From a phage: DNA of 64,000 nucleotides. A model generated the notes under the pieces. The model had not been told where the DNA came from and searched no databases. It saw only the letters and a program-made list of their open reading frames with translations. The stretch is taken from sequence record NC_042307.1; one strand, written 5' to 3'. Shown piece after piece: positions 1-9,207 of this stretch. The translations under genes and the position numbers were made by a program. How positions within the stretch are numbered: the first letter of the stretch is position 1; each line of letters opens with the position of its first letter.

Positions 1-297
1 ACTAGGATATATGTTATGTATAGCCCCTCACATGGGGTTAAAATAGGTAGGTCTAACAATCCAGAGCGTAGACTTCTACATATTAGATCTAGTAGCCACC
101 TTATTGATTTGGAAATAATTAAAGTATTTGAAATTGGGGAATATAGTAGTGCAGTTCGAATAGAAAAATTAGCCCATAACTACTTTAAAGAGCAGAATTG
201 CCAGTACAAAGATTTTGACGGCGCTACGGAATTCTTCAATATTGAACCAAAAGTAGCTATAAAGTTTATCGAGGAAATAATCAATGACAGAGAATGA
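1..297 (+). CDS. T5orf172/GIY-YIG-like domain protein, C-terminal part; reading frame is open to the window start so the gene is probably 5'-truncated by the window edge
   Basis: Frame open from nt 1 with no stop; motif KIGRSNNPERRL and C-terminal TEFFNIEPKVAIKFIEEI closely parallel the C-terminus of the 51683..52357 ORF (TEFFNVAPEDIVIFLNSF), a T5orf172-like domain by recollection. Confidence 0.5.
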   Translation, partial: TRIYVMYSPSHGVKIGRSNNPERRLLHIRSSSHLIDLEIIKVFEIGEYSSAVRIEKLAHNYFKEQNCQYKDFDGATEFFNIEPKVAIKFIEEIINDRE

Positions 298-2110
298 ATT
301 AATTGAGAATTGCAAAGGTCTGCTCACTCTAACTGCGGATAAGGACTTACAGCATAATAATGCTAATAAGCCTAGTGAGATGTTCCATACTCAAAGAGAC
401 TTATTGGCCGGAGAAATCAACAAATATTTAGTATCGCAGGAATTACCCAAACATCTATTAGACGCCCATAATCTAGGTAAGATACACATTCATGATATGG
501 ATTACAGGGCGCAGGGGTACACTAACTGTTGCTTAGTAGACCTTGGTGGCATGCTGAAGAATGGTACTAAAATTGGTAATGCAAATATTGAAACTCCTAA
601 ATCCATAACTACTGCATGTGCAATCACTGCTCAGATTATTGCCCAAGTATCTGGTGCTCAGTATGGTGGCACCTCTATTGATCGTATCGACGAGGTTCTA
701 GCCCCGTATGTCAGAAAGTCTTACAATAAACATCTGGGTCGTGGGCTACGTTGGCTCAAGGATGAAAGAAAAGCTGCTGTGTATGCTACTGAGCTTACTG
801 AAAAAGAGTGTTATGATGCATTCCAAGCTCTAGAGTATGAAACTAATTCATTATTTAACTCTAATGGGCAGACCCCTTTTGTTACGCTTGGCTTTGGATT
901 AGGTCAGGAGTGGGAGGAAAGGATGATTCAGAAAGCCATCCTCCAAAATCGTATTAAAGGTTTAGGTGCTGCTGAGTCAACCCCTATCTTCCCTAAACTA
1001 GTATTCTCAGTTAAAGAAGGGTTAAATAAAAATCCAGGCGATCCTAACTACGATATAAAACAGCTAGCACTTGAGTGTTCTGCTACCCGTATGTACCCAG
1101 ACTATTTAAGCTATGAGAAAGTTGTAGCTGTTACTGGTGATTTTAAAGCCCCTATGGGTTGTCGTAGCTTTTTATCTGCTATCCCCTCCGGAGAAATTGC
1201 AGGGCGCAATAATTTAGGTGTAGTGTCTATTAATCTACCTATGGTTGCTGCTGAGGCAGATGGGGTTTTTGAAGATTTCTGGGATATTCTGGACAAATAT
1301 GTGGATGAGGCTTTTGAAGCTCATGATTTTTTCTTGGATAGACTTAAGAAAGTGAAGGCTAAACAAGCCCCTATTCTTTATATGCACGGTGGTTTTGGTG
1401 TGCGTTTAGATGGGGAAGAGTATGTATGGCCTATTTTTGAGGGTAGATCTTCTGTATCTCTTGGATACATTGGGGTCTATGAGATGTGCCAAATAATGTT
1501 TAGTCTACCACAAACCCATAGGGATTGTATTGAATTTACAGAAGAAGTTCTTACTCACCTAAAAAATCGTTGCGAAGTTAAAGCTAATGAGACTAATCTT
1601 GGATTTAGCTTATACGCTACCCCTAGTGAGTCTCTATGTAATCGTTTTAATAAATTACTAGAACGTAGATTCCCAGAGTATTCTTGGTTAACAGACAAAG
1701 GCTATCTTACTAATAGTCACCATTTGGACGTAAGAGAGAAGGTAGCCCCAGATACTAAATTTGAGTACGAAGCTCATTTTACCAAAATAGCTAATGGTGG
1801 TAATATATCGTTTGTGGAATTACCACAAATGAAAAAATTCCATAAAGCTCTTGAATACGTAGTAGATAAGGGACTAGAGTGTAGCCATTATATCGGTGTT
1901 AATATACCGATTGACGAGTGTTTCAACTGTGGATATATGGGTGAATCTATTGCCTCTGAGCGTGGGTTTGTATGTCCAAGTTGTGGGTCTGAAGAAATAG
2001 AGGTTACACGTAGGGTTTGCGGGTACCTGGGATCCCCGGGCAGTAGGCCTTTCAATTCTGGGAAACAAAAAGAAGTGCTTGGTAGAGTAAAACACTTAAA
2101 TCTTAAGTAA
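284..2110 (+). CDS. nrdD: anaerobic ribonucleoside-triphosphate reductase (class III RNR, NrdD)
   Basis: 608 aa; C-terminal Zn-ribbon CFNCGYMGES...CPSCGSEE followed by glycyl-radical motif RVCGYLG, both typical of NrdD; start overlaps stop of upstream ORF. Confidence 0.88.
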   Translation: MTENELIENCKGLLTLTADKDLQHNNANKPSEMFHTQRDLLAGEINKYLVSQELPKHLLDAHNLGKIHIHDMDYRAQGYTNCCLVDLGGMLKNGTKIGNANIETPKSITTACAITAQIIAQVSGAQYGGTSIDRIDEVLAPYVRKSYNKHLGRGLRWLKDERKAAVYATELTEKECYDAFQALEYETNSLFNSNGQTPFVTLGFGLGQEWEERMIQKAILQNRIKGLGAAESTPIFPKLVFSVKEGLNKNPGDPNYDIKQLALECSATRMYPDYLSYEKVVAVTGDFKAPMGCRSFLSAIPSGEIAGRNNLGVVSINLPMVAAEADGVFEDFWDILDKYVDEAFEAHDFFLDRLKKVKAKQAPILYMHGGFGVRLDGEEYVWPIFEGRSSVSLGYIGVYEMCQIMFSLPQTHRDCIEFTEEVLTHLKNRCEVKANETNLGFSLYATPSESLCNRFNKLLERRFPEYSWLTDKGYLTNSHHLDVREKVAPDTKFEYEAHFTKIANGGNISFVELPQMKKFHKALEYVVDKGLECSHYIGVNIPIDECFNCGYMGESIASERGFVCPSCGSEEIEVTRRVCGYLGSPGSRPFNSGKQKEVLGRVKHLNLK

Positions 2111-2117
2111 GCTAATC

Positions 2118-2150
2118 AGCCAGGTTGCTAGTCGACCTGGCTTTTATTTT
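2118..2150 (+). terminator. rho-independent terminator downstream of nrdD
   Basis: Stem agccaggt/acctggct with 9-nt loop followed by tttatttt. Confidence 0.6.
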
Positions 2151-2200
2151 ATTTGCTTTCAGCTAAAAATTTATGTATAATAGATTTATAAATTTGAGAG
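2151..2200 (+). promoter_or_regulatory. T5 early-type sigma70 promoter (TTGCTT -35, 17-bp spacer, TATAAT -10, conserved ATAAATTTGAGAG downstream box)
   Basis: -35 ttgctt at 2153-2158, -10 tataat at 2176-2181, then agatttataaatttgagagg; same architecture as promoters at 9887, 10913 and 12130. Confidence 0.65.
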
Positions 2201-2209
2201 GAAAAGACT

Positions 2210-2587
2210 ATGAAAGTAAAACCCTATATCATTGTTTCAACCTGTGGGAGCTACCAATTAGCGGTAGAAACCATAGAAGAAGCTATTTTTGCTGCTACTG
2301 GTGATTATTCTCATCTTGAGGGGGTTGGTTATCCTACCATTATTGGTAATTGGGTGGAAACTAATTTAGATGTTAATCCATATAATTCTGATTATGAAGA
2401 TGAAGAAGAGGTACAGGATAACATTGAATTTGTATATAAAAGAATCTTAAGTATCTATGAGCATCAGGGCAGCCCTATTGAGTATGTGGATATTACTGAA
2501 GTAGCTAAGAAGCGCCTTAAATACGTTTATGCCAATTTTTCAAATGAAGACCTGGAAACAGTTGCAGTGGAGTTTAATAATGACTAA
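2210..2587 (+). CDS. hypothetical protein
   Basis: 125-aa ORF immediately downstream of promoter with GAGAGG RBS; acidic middle region; no recognisable motif (not NrdG: no CxxxCxxC). Confidence 0.6.
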   Translation: MKVKPYIIVSTCGSYQLAVETIEEAIFAATGDYSHLEGVGYPTIIGNWVETNLDVNPYNSDYEDEEEVQDNIEFVYKRILSIYEHQGSPIEYVDITEVAKKRLKYVYANFSNEDLETVAVEFNND

Positions 2588-2786
2588 GAATGTAAAACAC
2601 CTTAAATATCGCTTAATTTACAACGGACGTATGGAAACAGAAGACCTAGCTCAATTAGCTATTAATTCTAATGAGGTCACGGTACGTGCGTTAGCTATTG
2701 AAAAGTTGCGGGCTTCTTATGAAAGTCGTATTATGGAACTAGAGGAGAAACTTTATGGCATTCTCGAAGCCGATGCTACCCGATAA
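2580..2786 (+). CDS. hypothetical protein
   Basis: ORF track 2529..2786; start moved to in-frame ATG at 2580 that overlaps the stop of the upstream gene (ATGA-type junction). Confidence 0.4.
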   Translation: MTKNVKHLKYRLIYNGRMETEDLAQLAINSNEVTVRALAIEKLRASYESRIMELEEKLYGILEADATR

Positions 2787-2976
2787 TGGCTTAAATGCTG
2801 CGCTGGAAAATGCATTGATGCAGCAGTGGGAGGCTGGATATAAGGATGGGGTTGAATCTTGTGCAAAAATAATGGATATTATGGCTAATTCTGTAGTTGG
2901 GAAAGCCCATCCAGAAGTATCTGATATACTCCATAACCTTAGTAAAAACTTCAGAGAGCAGGTGAAAAATGCGTAG
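2755..2976 (+). CDS. hypothetical protein
   Basis: 73-aa ORF in operon context; start uncertain (overlaps upstream ORF). Confidence 0.4.
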   Translation: MAFSKPMLPDNGLNAALENALMQQWEAGYKDGVESCAKIMDIMANSVVGKAHPEVSDILHNLSKNFREQVKNA

Positions 2977-3793
2977 ATTAATTATTATTAGTGGTGCAGG
3001 TTTGAGCGTTGAAAGTGGTGTACGAGCCTTCCGTACTGATACTGCTAGTGGTAAAGCATTGTGGGATGATTATGACTTAGAAGAGGTATGTAATATTCAT
3101 GCCTTTCGTGGTAGCTTTTACCACAAAACTCACGAGTTCTACAACAAACGTCGTGAAGAGTTAGAAACTGTTGAACCCAATCTTGCACACTTGCGTATTG
3201 GTGAGTGGTATAAACAATACCCAGGTCAAGTAGTAAACTTGACTACCAACGTTGATGACCTTATTGAGCGTGCTGGTGTTCCGCATAGTGACATTCTACA
3301 TATTCATGGGTATTTAAAAGAGGTTGTTGTAGCTGACAGCTACAATAGCAGTAATAAACGAGTTATTGATGTTGGGTATAGCTCTATTGACCCGGATGAT
3401 TATAAATGGGTTAAACCTAATGTAATCTTCTTTGGGGAGCATGCTCCAGCGTACGCAGAAATGTACAATATTTTTGATGGTATTACTAGTCAAGATATGA
3501 TAGTTGTAGTTGGTTGCTCTAACCAAGTAATTAATTTCTACTGGGAATTATTTCCTATTCTTAACCGTACTGCTGCGAAACTTATGGTAGTTAACTACTA
3601 TGATAGTGCCCTAGCGGCAGAACCAGGCTATCAAGGTATGACTCGTAGTGATATGTACCAACTGGAAGATCGTGGTATTCCTTACTGGAGTAAAGGTGCG
3701 GTAGATGCTTTCAGTGACCCTGGTTTTATCGCTCGTGTAGAAGCTCATCTAGAGGGTAGACCTTATATGCCGGGGAAACAGACATGTCCATAG
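2969..3793 (+). CDS. Sir2-family (CobB-like sirtuin) protein lacking the Zn-ribbon cysteines
   Basis: Motifs SGAGLSVESGVRAFR (cf. sirtuin GAGIS.ESGI..FR), TTNVDDLIERAG, ILHIHGYL (catalytic HG), NVIFFGE, VVVGCS; no Cys between HG and FGE motifs. Confidence 0.75.
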   Translation: MRRLIIISGAGLSVESGVRAFRTDTASGKALWDDYDLEEVCNIHAFRGSFYHKTHEFYNKRREELETVEPNLAHLRIGEWYKQYPGQVVNLTTNVDDLIERAGVPHSDILHIHGYLKEVVVADSYNSSNKRVIDVGYSSIDPDDYKWVKPNVIFFGEHAPAYAEMYNIFDGITSQDMIVVVGCSNQVINFYWELFPILNRTAAKLMVVNYYDSALAAEPGYQGMTRSDMYQLEDRGIPYWSKGAVDAFSDPGFIARVEAHLEGRPYMPGKQTCP

Positions 3794-3966
3794 TTAAATC
3801 TGTGTATACACATCCTGATGATATATTTGTATGGGCGGATGGTAGTTGGTGTTATCGATGTGAGCTATGGGAAATGGACTATAAATCTGATGACTATGGT
3901 GTCATATATGTTGATACGGTTGAGTATGATACGTTCTTAGCAAGGGACAAAAATGGAAATAAGTAA
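3784..3966 (+). CDS. hypothetical protein
   Basis: 60-aa ORF with overlapping start/stop junctions to neighbours. Confidence 0.4.
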   Translation: MSIVKSVYTHPDDIFVWADGSWCYRCELWEMDYKSDDYGVIYVDTVEYDTFLARDKNGNK

Positions 3967-4459
3967 TACTCCAATTATTTTTCTAGATATTGATGGGGTG
4001 CTCAACTCGAGCATCTCTCATCACCATGCACCTAATGATGAAAAGATTTTCTTTGGAAGTGACTGGGTTTTTAAACCGCTTCTCAAGGCTTTTCAGGACT
4101 TTATTCGTCCTTCTCCAATAATGATTGTTGGGGTATCTTCATGGTTCTCTGTCAGGAATGAGATGGAGAACGTTCAGATTATGACCGGATTAGATCTTAT
4201 CGATCGTTTTCTTGGTACAACGGATTTTACTGGTGGTGGGCTATCTAGGGGTAATTCTGTTCTTCGCTTCGTTGAAAAGTATAAGCTCAAACATTGGTGT
4301 GTGCTGGATGACGCTGGTGCTATGATGTATCAGTATCCAACGGTTATAGTCAATGGTAGAACTGGAATAAATCTTCAAGATTTAAGAGCTGTTAGCTATA
4401 TGTTAGAATTTAGTCCAGATCTTGAAATGTGTAAAGCCCTACAACAATTTAAGGTGTAA
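3953..4459 (+). CDS. HAD-superfamily hydrolase/phosphatase-like protein
   Basis: N-terminal IIFLDIDGVLN (HAD motif I DxDG) and downstream LDDAG. Confidence 0.55.
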   Translation: MEISNTPIIFLDIDGVLNSSISHHHAPNDEKIFFGSDWVFKPLLKAFQDFIRPSPIMIVGVSSWFSVRNEMENVQIMTGLDLIDRFLGTTDFTGGGLSRGNSVLRFVEKYKLKHWCVLDDAGAMMYQYPTVIVNGRTGINLQDLRAVSYMLEFSPDLEMCKALQQFKV

Positions 4460-4461
4460 AT

Positions 4462-4890
4462 ATGTTTAATAATGTATTCTCTAAAGAAGCTAACCCAATA
4501 TTGGTTAATTTTTGGCGTACTCTTCCAGACAACCTGTACAATGAGGCTATTAATGCCCTGAAAATATGGTGTGATAATAATGAAATCTCCTTTGCTTTTA
4601 GAGGTGAGGTTGAAGAATCTCCCTGTATTGGTTTAATTGTGCAGGTAGAGGATGGTTTTGAAGAGATTGTCGGCTGGAAAGAGTTAGATGAAATGGGCTT
4701 GGTTTTTGCATTAAACTATAAGCTATTTATGCCCAATAAACACCGTATTGTTGTTAACTATAAAACCGGTGAATCTCCTGGTTTTCAAGTTAACGAACAT
4801 TACGGTTGGTCTTACTCACCGGAAGAGGTAAATGATGGTATCCAGAAACTTCGTCGTTTTGGTTATCAAATTCCGGGTTTAACTGCCTAA
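4462..4890 (+). CDS. hypothetical protein, tandem paralog 1
   Basis: 142 aa; shares conserved blocks with next ORF (FAFRGEVEESPCIGL vs FTFPEQQIDDPCVGV; C-terminal YQIPGL vs IYVPGL). Confidence 0.6.
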   Translation: MFNNVFSKEANPILVNFWRTLPDNLYNEAINALKIWCDNNEISFAFRGEVEESPCIGLIVQVEDGFEEIVGWKELDEMGLVFALNYKLFMPNKHRIVVNYKTGESPGFQVNEHYGWSYSPEEVNDGIQKLRRFGYQIPGLTA

Positions 4891-4899
4891 GGAGGCACA

Positions 4900-5292
4900 A
4901 TGGAACAAGTATACTGGCGTCAGATAGACCCTAGTTTGGTGAAGCGTGCGGAGAAGCTGCTACAACGTTGGTTGGGGGTAAGACAAGCCTCCTTCACTTT
5001 TCCGGAGCAGCAAATAGACGATCCCTGTGTTGGTGTTTTTCTATCAGGCTACGCTGGGGAATGGGAATTGGATTGGAATGAATTGTCTGCTATAGGTCTA
5101 ATTGTTGCCCTAAATTTCTCTTTGTTCCATCCACGTGGTTTGGCCATATGTCGTGTGCCTGAGGACGGTTGTTCGCCCCATCTTTTACAGGTGGAAGATG
5201 ATATTTGGGAGTACACTCCAGATATTCTCAAAGAAGCCAAAGAACAATTAAACCGTGTTGGGATTTATGTTCCAGGCCTGAATGATGAATGA
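4900..5292 (+). CDS. hypothetical protein, tandem paralog 2
   Basis: 130 aa; paralogous to 4462..4890; GGAG RBS upstream. Confidence 0.6.
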   Translation: MEQVYWRQIDPSLVKRAEKLLQRWLGVRQASFTFPEQQIDDPCVGVFLSGYAGEWELDWNELSAIGLIVALNFSLFHPRGLAICRVPEDGCSPHLLQVEDDIWEYTPDILKEAKEQLNRVGIYVPGLNDE

Positions 5293-5431
5293 TTTTTATT
5301 AGCTGAACTTTGTAATCCGGGCTATTAGTGCTCGGATTATTACATAATCTTTTCAGTCGATTGATAGTCAAAATAAATTGTCGTTGACAATTTGGATGGA
5401 TTATGTAATAATATATGTATTGGAGGTGAGG

Positions 5432-5884
5432 ATGTCATTCACACAGCAAGAACTTTTAGATAACTTCCGGTATGAAGAGGGTAAGTTATTTAGAACTACA
5501 GGAAGAAATGCAGGGAAAGAATGTTGTGTTTCTACGGGTAACGGATATTATCGTATATCTCTAGGGAATAGGACTATGCTTCGGCATAGAGCAATATTTT
5601 TAATGCATCATGGATACTTACCTGATTTAGTAGACCATGTGAATACTATAAAAGGTGATGATCGTATTGAAAATCTTAGAGAGCAGACAGTATCCGGTAA
5701 TCTAAGAAATATCAAATATAAGAAAGGAATGCATGTTTACCCTTCTGGTAGTAAGAACTGGCAAGTGGTATTTACTATTAACCGTAAACGTATAGTTAAA
5801 GGAACATATGACAACTATGAGGTTGCATGTTCTATGGCCAAGATGTTTAGAGGTCAATTATACGGTAGGGAATCAATCCAGTAA
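5432..5884 (+). CDS. HNH homing endonuclease
   Basis: N-terminus MSFTQQELLDNFRYEEGKLF parallels MITQERLKELFDYSPETGEF of other HNH copies; HNH core HRAIFLMHHGYLP...DHVN; start set at ATG 5432 preceded by GGAGGTGAGG. Confidence 0.7.
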   Translation: MSFTQQELLDNFRYEEGKLFRTTGRNAGKECCVSTGNGYYRISLGNRTMLRHRAIFLMHHGYLPDLVDHVNTIKGDDRIENLREQTVSGNLRNIKYKKGMHVYPSGSKNWQVVFTINRKRIVKGTYDNYEVACSMAKMFRGQLYGRESIQ

Positions 5885-5892
5885 AATTTCAT

Positions 5893-5935
5893 TTGCAAGG
5901 GAGTATTATTTTATAGTATAATATTCCCATAAATG
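5893..5935 (+). promoter_or_regulatory. T5 early-type promoter upstream of long leader
   Basis: ttgcaa (5893-5898), 18-bp spacer, tataat (5917-5922), then cataaatgagagac downstream box. Confidence 0.5.
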
Positions 5936-6417
5936 AGAGACATTAGTAAAAATTGATTTTGCTAATTTTTCTTGTTTACAATCCGCGATACGGAACAGTT
6001 AGGCTGCCCCATTAAGGGTTGTTTTAACTATTACTAGTGTTTATATTGCATTAGTTAATCTTCAATTAAGTGATCTGTGTACCCTGAATTCGGAAAGGTA
6101 AATCCAAACCGTGCATATTTAGCTCGTTATATAGGCAGAGTTTTATATGGGGGTGCGAACGAAAAGAGCAGCGAATGGCGGCACGTACAGTAGTCACCTA
6201 CCAATAGGATAGTGAGGACAAATAGAATCGGCTTAGCGGCCAATGACCTAGGTTCTATTCTGTATATGAGCGAAGAGAGCACAGCACTGAGATATGATAA
6301 CTTATTCATATTGTTTGATGATAATTGATGTTTACGTAAATAGTAGTAATAGTTGTTCTATTCTTTCTGAATAGTCCTAAAGAAAAGATTTCGATTAACC
6401 AACACAGGAGTATTGTT

Positions 6418-9207
6418 GTGTTTTCTATCCTCCAAGGTCACGCCGGATTTTCTCGTGATTTAGCAACAGGTATTTGGCGAGAAATCAAAGCGGAAGATTA
6501 TACCTTTGCCAAGCGATTCTCGAAAGAGCATCCAGAAGGTAAACCAGCTTCTATGCCCTTCAAATTTGATGTAATAGAAGAGCACGACCCACAAAGCCTT
6601 GCCGAAATGTTACCCCTTATGAGACGTTTAACGTCTGATCCTCATATCGTTGCGGTACGAGGTCGATGTCTTGCACCAAAAAATAATGTGCGACGTAAGA
6701 AAGGTAACTTTAATGTATCTAATCCTAGTAATATTATTGCTATGGACGTGGATGGTATCCTAGATACCGGTGGGTACGACAAATTTAATCTTGTTGGTAT
6801 GGCCCGCCACATTATTAAGATGTTGAATAGTATTAGTGAGGATATGTTTCCTCTTGATGCAGGCTTTATAGCTCATGCATCGTCTTCGGCTGGGCTAAAA
6901 CCAGGTATCCGAATGCACTTAATGCTAGAATCTAACGTCAAGGTAACTCAGGGTCAGCTAAAGTTCTTATTTACATCTATCAACGATAGCAGTAAGCAAA
7001 AATTTGGTTTTGATATTGCCGACCTAGCTTATTATTCATCTGTCCAGCTCCACTATTTTGCCGACCCCTTATTTAGCGATGGTATTGTTGATCCGTTTAA
7101 AGCGGAGAGTAAGCCACGTCTGGTGTATGTTAAAGGTTCGAAAGTAAATTTGCCCAATAATCTGGTTGACTATGAAACAACTAGAGGGGAGTTTAAGGAA
7201 GAGTTTTATTCCTTACTTGATCAAATTAAAGGCAAAAAGATTGCTTCTGATAAAGTAGAAGAAACCATCAGCGAGTTAGAAGAGGCTGATGATGGAGTGT
7301 ATTTGCGTATTATCCCCAAACTATATCATAGAGCATTAGAGGATGGGGTTGATTTTGCATGGCTAGAACGTGAGATTAAACCAGCTTTATCTGAATATAT
7401 TGCAACTAAAGATAACAGTCGTAATATTCAAGATTACTTTAATAACGGTCGTAAGCAGGCTCTCAAAGCGTTTGTGAATAACTCCAAACGTGAGATTCCA
7501 TTAAATCTGAAAGGTGTTCCACTTAAGAAATTAGAAGTGGATTCTCCACCAGAAGTTCCATACCTGAAGATTAACATTGTGCCCCCAAAAGGCCATATAA
7601 CATTTGTTAAGGCAAGTCTTGGTACTGGTAAAACTACGGCAGTAACTAAATGGCTGGACGCAGGTGTTCTTCCTGGCAACTTTTTAGCAGTTACAAATAC
7701 TAGAGCACTAGTGTCTTCAAATGCTAAGAAATTTAGTGCAGGACAATATGATAAGTCTGTAGATATGCTTAATTTCAAGCGTGGTGCTATTGACCGTATG
7801 TCCACAACTATTCACTCTTTGCACAAGTTTAAGAGTTTTATTGGTCAAATTGATGCAATCTTTATCGATGAATGTGATGCAGTAATGAATGACTTATTAT
7901 TCGCCCCCGTTGTTAAACAACGTCGTGAATGTATTCAGGTTCTTCGGGATATTCTTGCAACTGCAAAAATAATTATATTATCTGATGGTGATATTAGTGC
8001 AGAAACAATTGAAGCCTATGGTTCTTTGATTGATTTTGATAAACCAGTAGCATTTTATAATCATCATCGTAAGATGCTGTCAAAAGCTCACGCTTATGAG
8101 TTTCCTGATGAATCCAGTATTTGGGTTGCACTTCAGACTTCTCTAGAAATGGGTGAGAAGTCCATTCTAGTATCTGATTGTGGGCCTGATGAGCTGAATG
8201 AGAAGGGTATGGCACTACGTCGTAATACTGGTGCGTTAGTTAAGGAAATCCATTCAAACTCTACCTCAGATGTGGATATTCGACGTATTCTGGATTATAC
8301 AACTAATGAGCTAATTGATCAACAAATTGATTGCTTATTATGTAGTCCATCCGTAACGAGTGGCGTTGACTTCAACTATTTCGATAATGTATTTGTTATT
8401 ACTAGAACCAGTAATCAGGCGCCGAACATGCGTTTCCAAGCAATCAGGCGCGACCGTGGTGCTCAGAACATCTATTATTTTATTGATAAATCCACTAGTG
8501 GGTTCTCCGCAGGTTCTGAACAATATAATATTGATGAAGGTTGGCTGGAGTTAGCACAGCAATTATACGCACGTCGTAGAGAGCTGGAATCTAGAAACTA
8601 TACTAGTACCTTACGTTATTATTTGCTTGATCAGGGCGCAACTATTGATATTTTCAGCGAAAGCTGGGGAACTATTGAAGGTGCTGGTAAAGAATATACA
8701 GAAGAGCGAATCAAAGCTATTCTGCATTCAACTCCAGATTATTGTGCCCCACGTCATGCAGATGCATATGAAGCTAAACTACTTCTTGTTCGCTATTATC
8801 ATCTTGAGTCTATTAAAGATGTAACAGTTGAGCATGTTGAACAATATATCAAAGATAAACCGAATGATCGAGCTGCATTCTTCCATAAGATGCACGAGAT
8901 GTTCTGGGAAGATATTAAGAAGTGTTCAAATGTAACCATTAAACCATTCATAGAAGCTCTGAAAGGTAAGAAGAAAGACTTCTTCCTTAAAACAGGTCAG
9001 AGTGCTAACCCAAAATATGCTAGAATGTATCTTGGTATGATGGGTATTGGTAAGGATATGAACACTGAAAATATCGTAGACTGGTACAGAACCTATTGTA
9101 AAATCGAGTGTATGCCGATTCCTTTCAAATTCATGACTGACGAGGAAAAACATATGCATGATGAAGCAATGTCAGAGCTAGGTGCTAGAAATGACAGTGA
9201 AGAATAA
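6418..9207 (+). CDS. putative replication primase-helicase / origin-binding-like protein (P-loop NTPase)
   Basis: 929 aa, GTG start with AGGAG RBS; N-terminal acidic DxD (IIAMDVDGI) and MHLMLE motifs suggestive of primase-polymerase fold; Walker A ASLGTGKTTAV and Walker B FIDECDAV. Confidence 0.6.
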   Translation: MFSILQGHAGFSRDLATGIWREIKAEDYTFAKRFSKEHPEGKPASMPFKFDVIEEHDPQSLAEMLPLMRRLTSDPHIVAVRGRCLAPKNNVRRKKGNFNVSNPSNIIAMDVDGILDTGGYDKFNLVGMARHIIKMLNSISEDMFPLDAGFIAHASSSAGLKPGIRMHLMLESNVKVTQGQLKFLFTSINDSSKQKFGFDIADLAYYSSVQLHYFADPLFSDGIVDPFKAESKPRLVYVKGSKVNLPNNLVDYETTRGEFKEEFYSLLDQIKGKKIASDKVEETISELEEADDGVYLRIIPKLYHRALEDGVDFAWLEREIKPALSEYIATKDNSRNIQDYFNNGRKQALKAFVNNSKREIPLNLKGVPLKKLEVDSPPEVPYLKINIVPPKGHITFVKASLGTGKTTAVTKWLDAGVLPGNFLAVTNTRALVSSNAKKFSAGQYDKSVDMLNFKRGAIDRMSTTIHSLHKFKSFIGQIDAIFIDECDAVMNDLLFAPVVKQRRECIQVLRDILATAKIIILSDGDISAETIEAYGSLIDFDKPVAFYNHHRKMLSKAHAYEFPDESSIWVALQTSLEMGEKSILVSDCGPDELNEKGMALRRNTGALVKEIHSNSTSDVDIRRILDYTTNELIDQQIDCLLCSPSVTSGVDFNYFDNVFVITRTSNQAPNMRFQAIRRDRGAQNIYYFIDKSTSGFSAGSEQYNIDEGWLELAQQLYARRRELESRNYTSTLRYYLLDQGATIDIFSESWGTIEGAGKEYTEERIKAILHSTPDYCAPRHADAYEAKLLLVRYYHLESIKDVTVEHVEQYIKDKPNDRAAFFHKMHEMFWEDIKKCSNVTIKPFIEALKGKKKDFFLKTGQSANPKYARMYLGMMGIGKDMNTENIVDWYRTYCKIECMPIPFKFMTDEEKHMHDEAMSELGARNDSEE

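Noticed and set aside
2210-2587. Candidate NrdG (activating enzyme) next to nrdD
   Set aside because: No CxxxCxxC radical-SAM motif in this or neighbouring ORFs; no NrdG could be identified in the window.
5378-5431. Upstream ATG at 5378 as start of the HNH gene
   Set aside because: It lies within a TTGACA promoter-like element and lacks an RBS; the ATG at 5432 has GGAGGTGAGG upstream and aligns with the N-termini of the other HNH copies.
5885-6417. tRNA or other structured RNA gene in the long leader (and in 29335..29780)
   Set aside because: No T-loop-like GTTCGAAT/GTTCAAAT motif or cloverleaf-compatible pairing found by eye; cannot exclude without a covariance-model scan.
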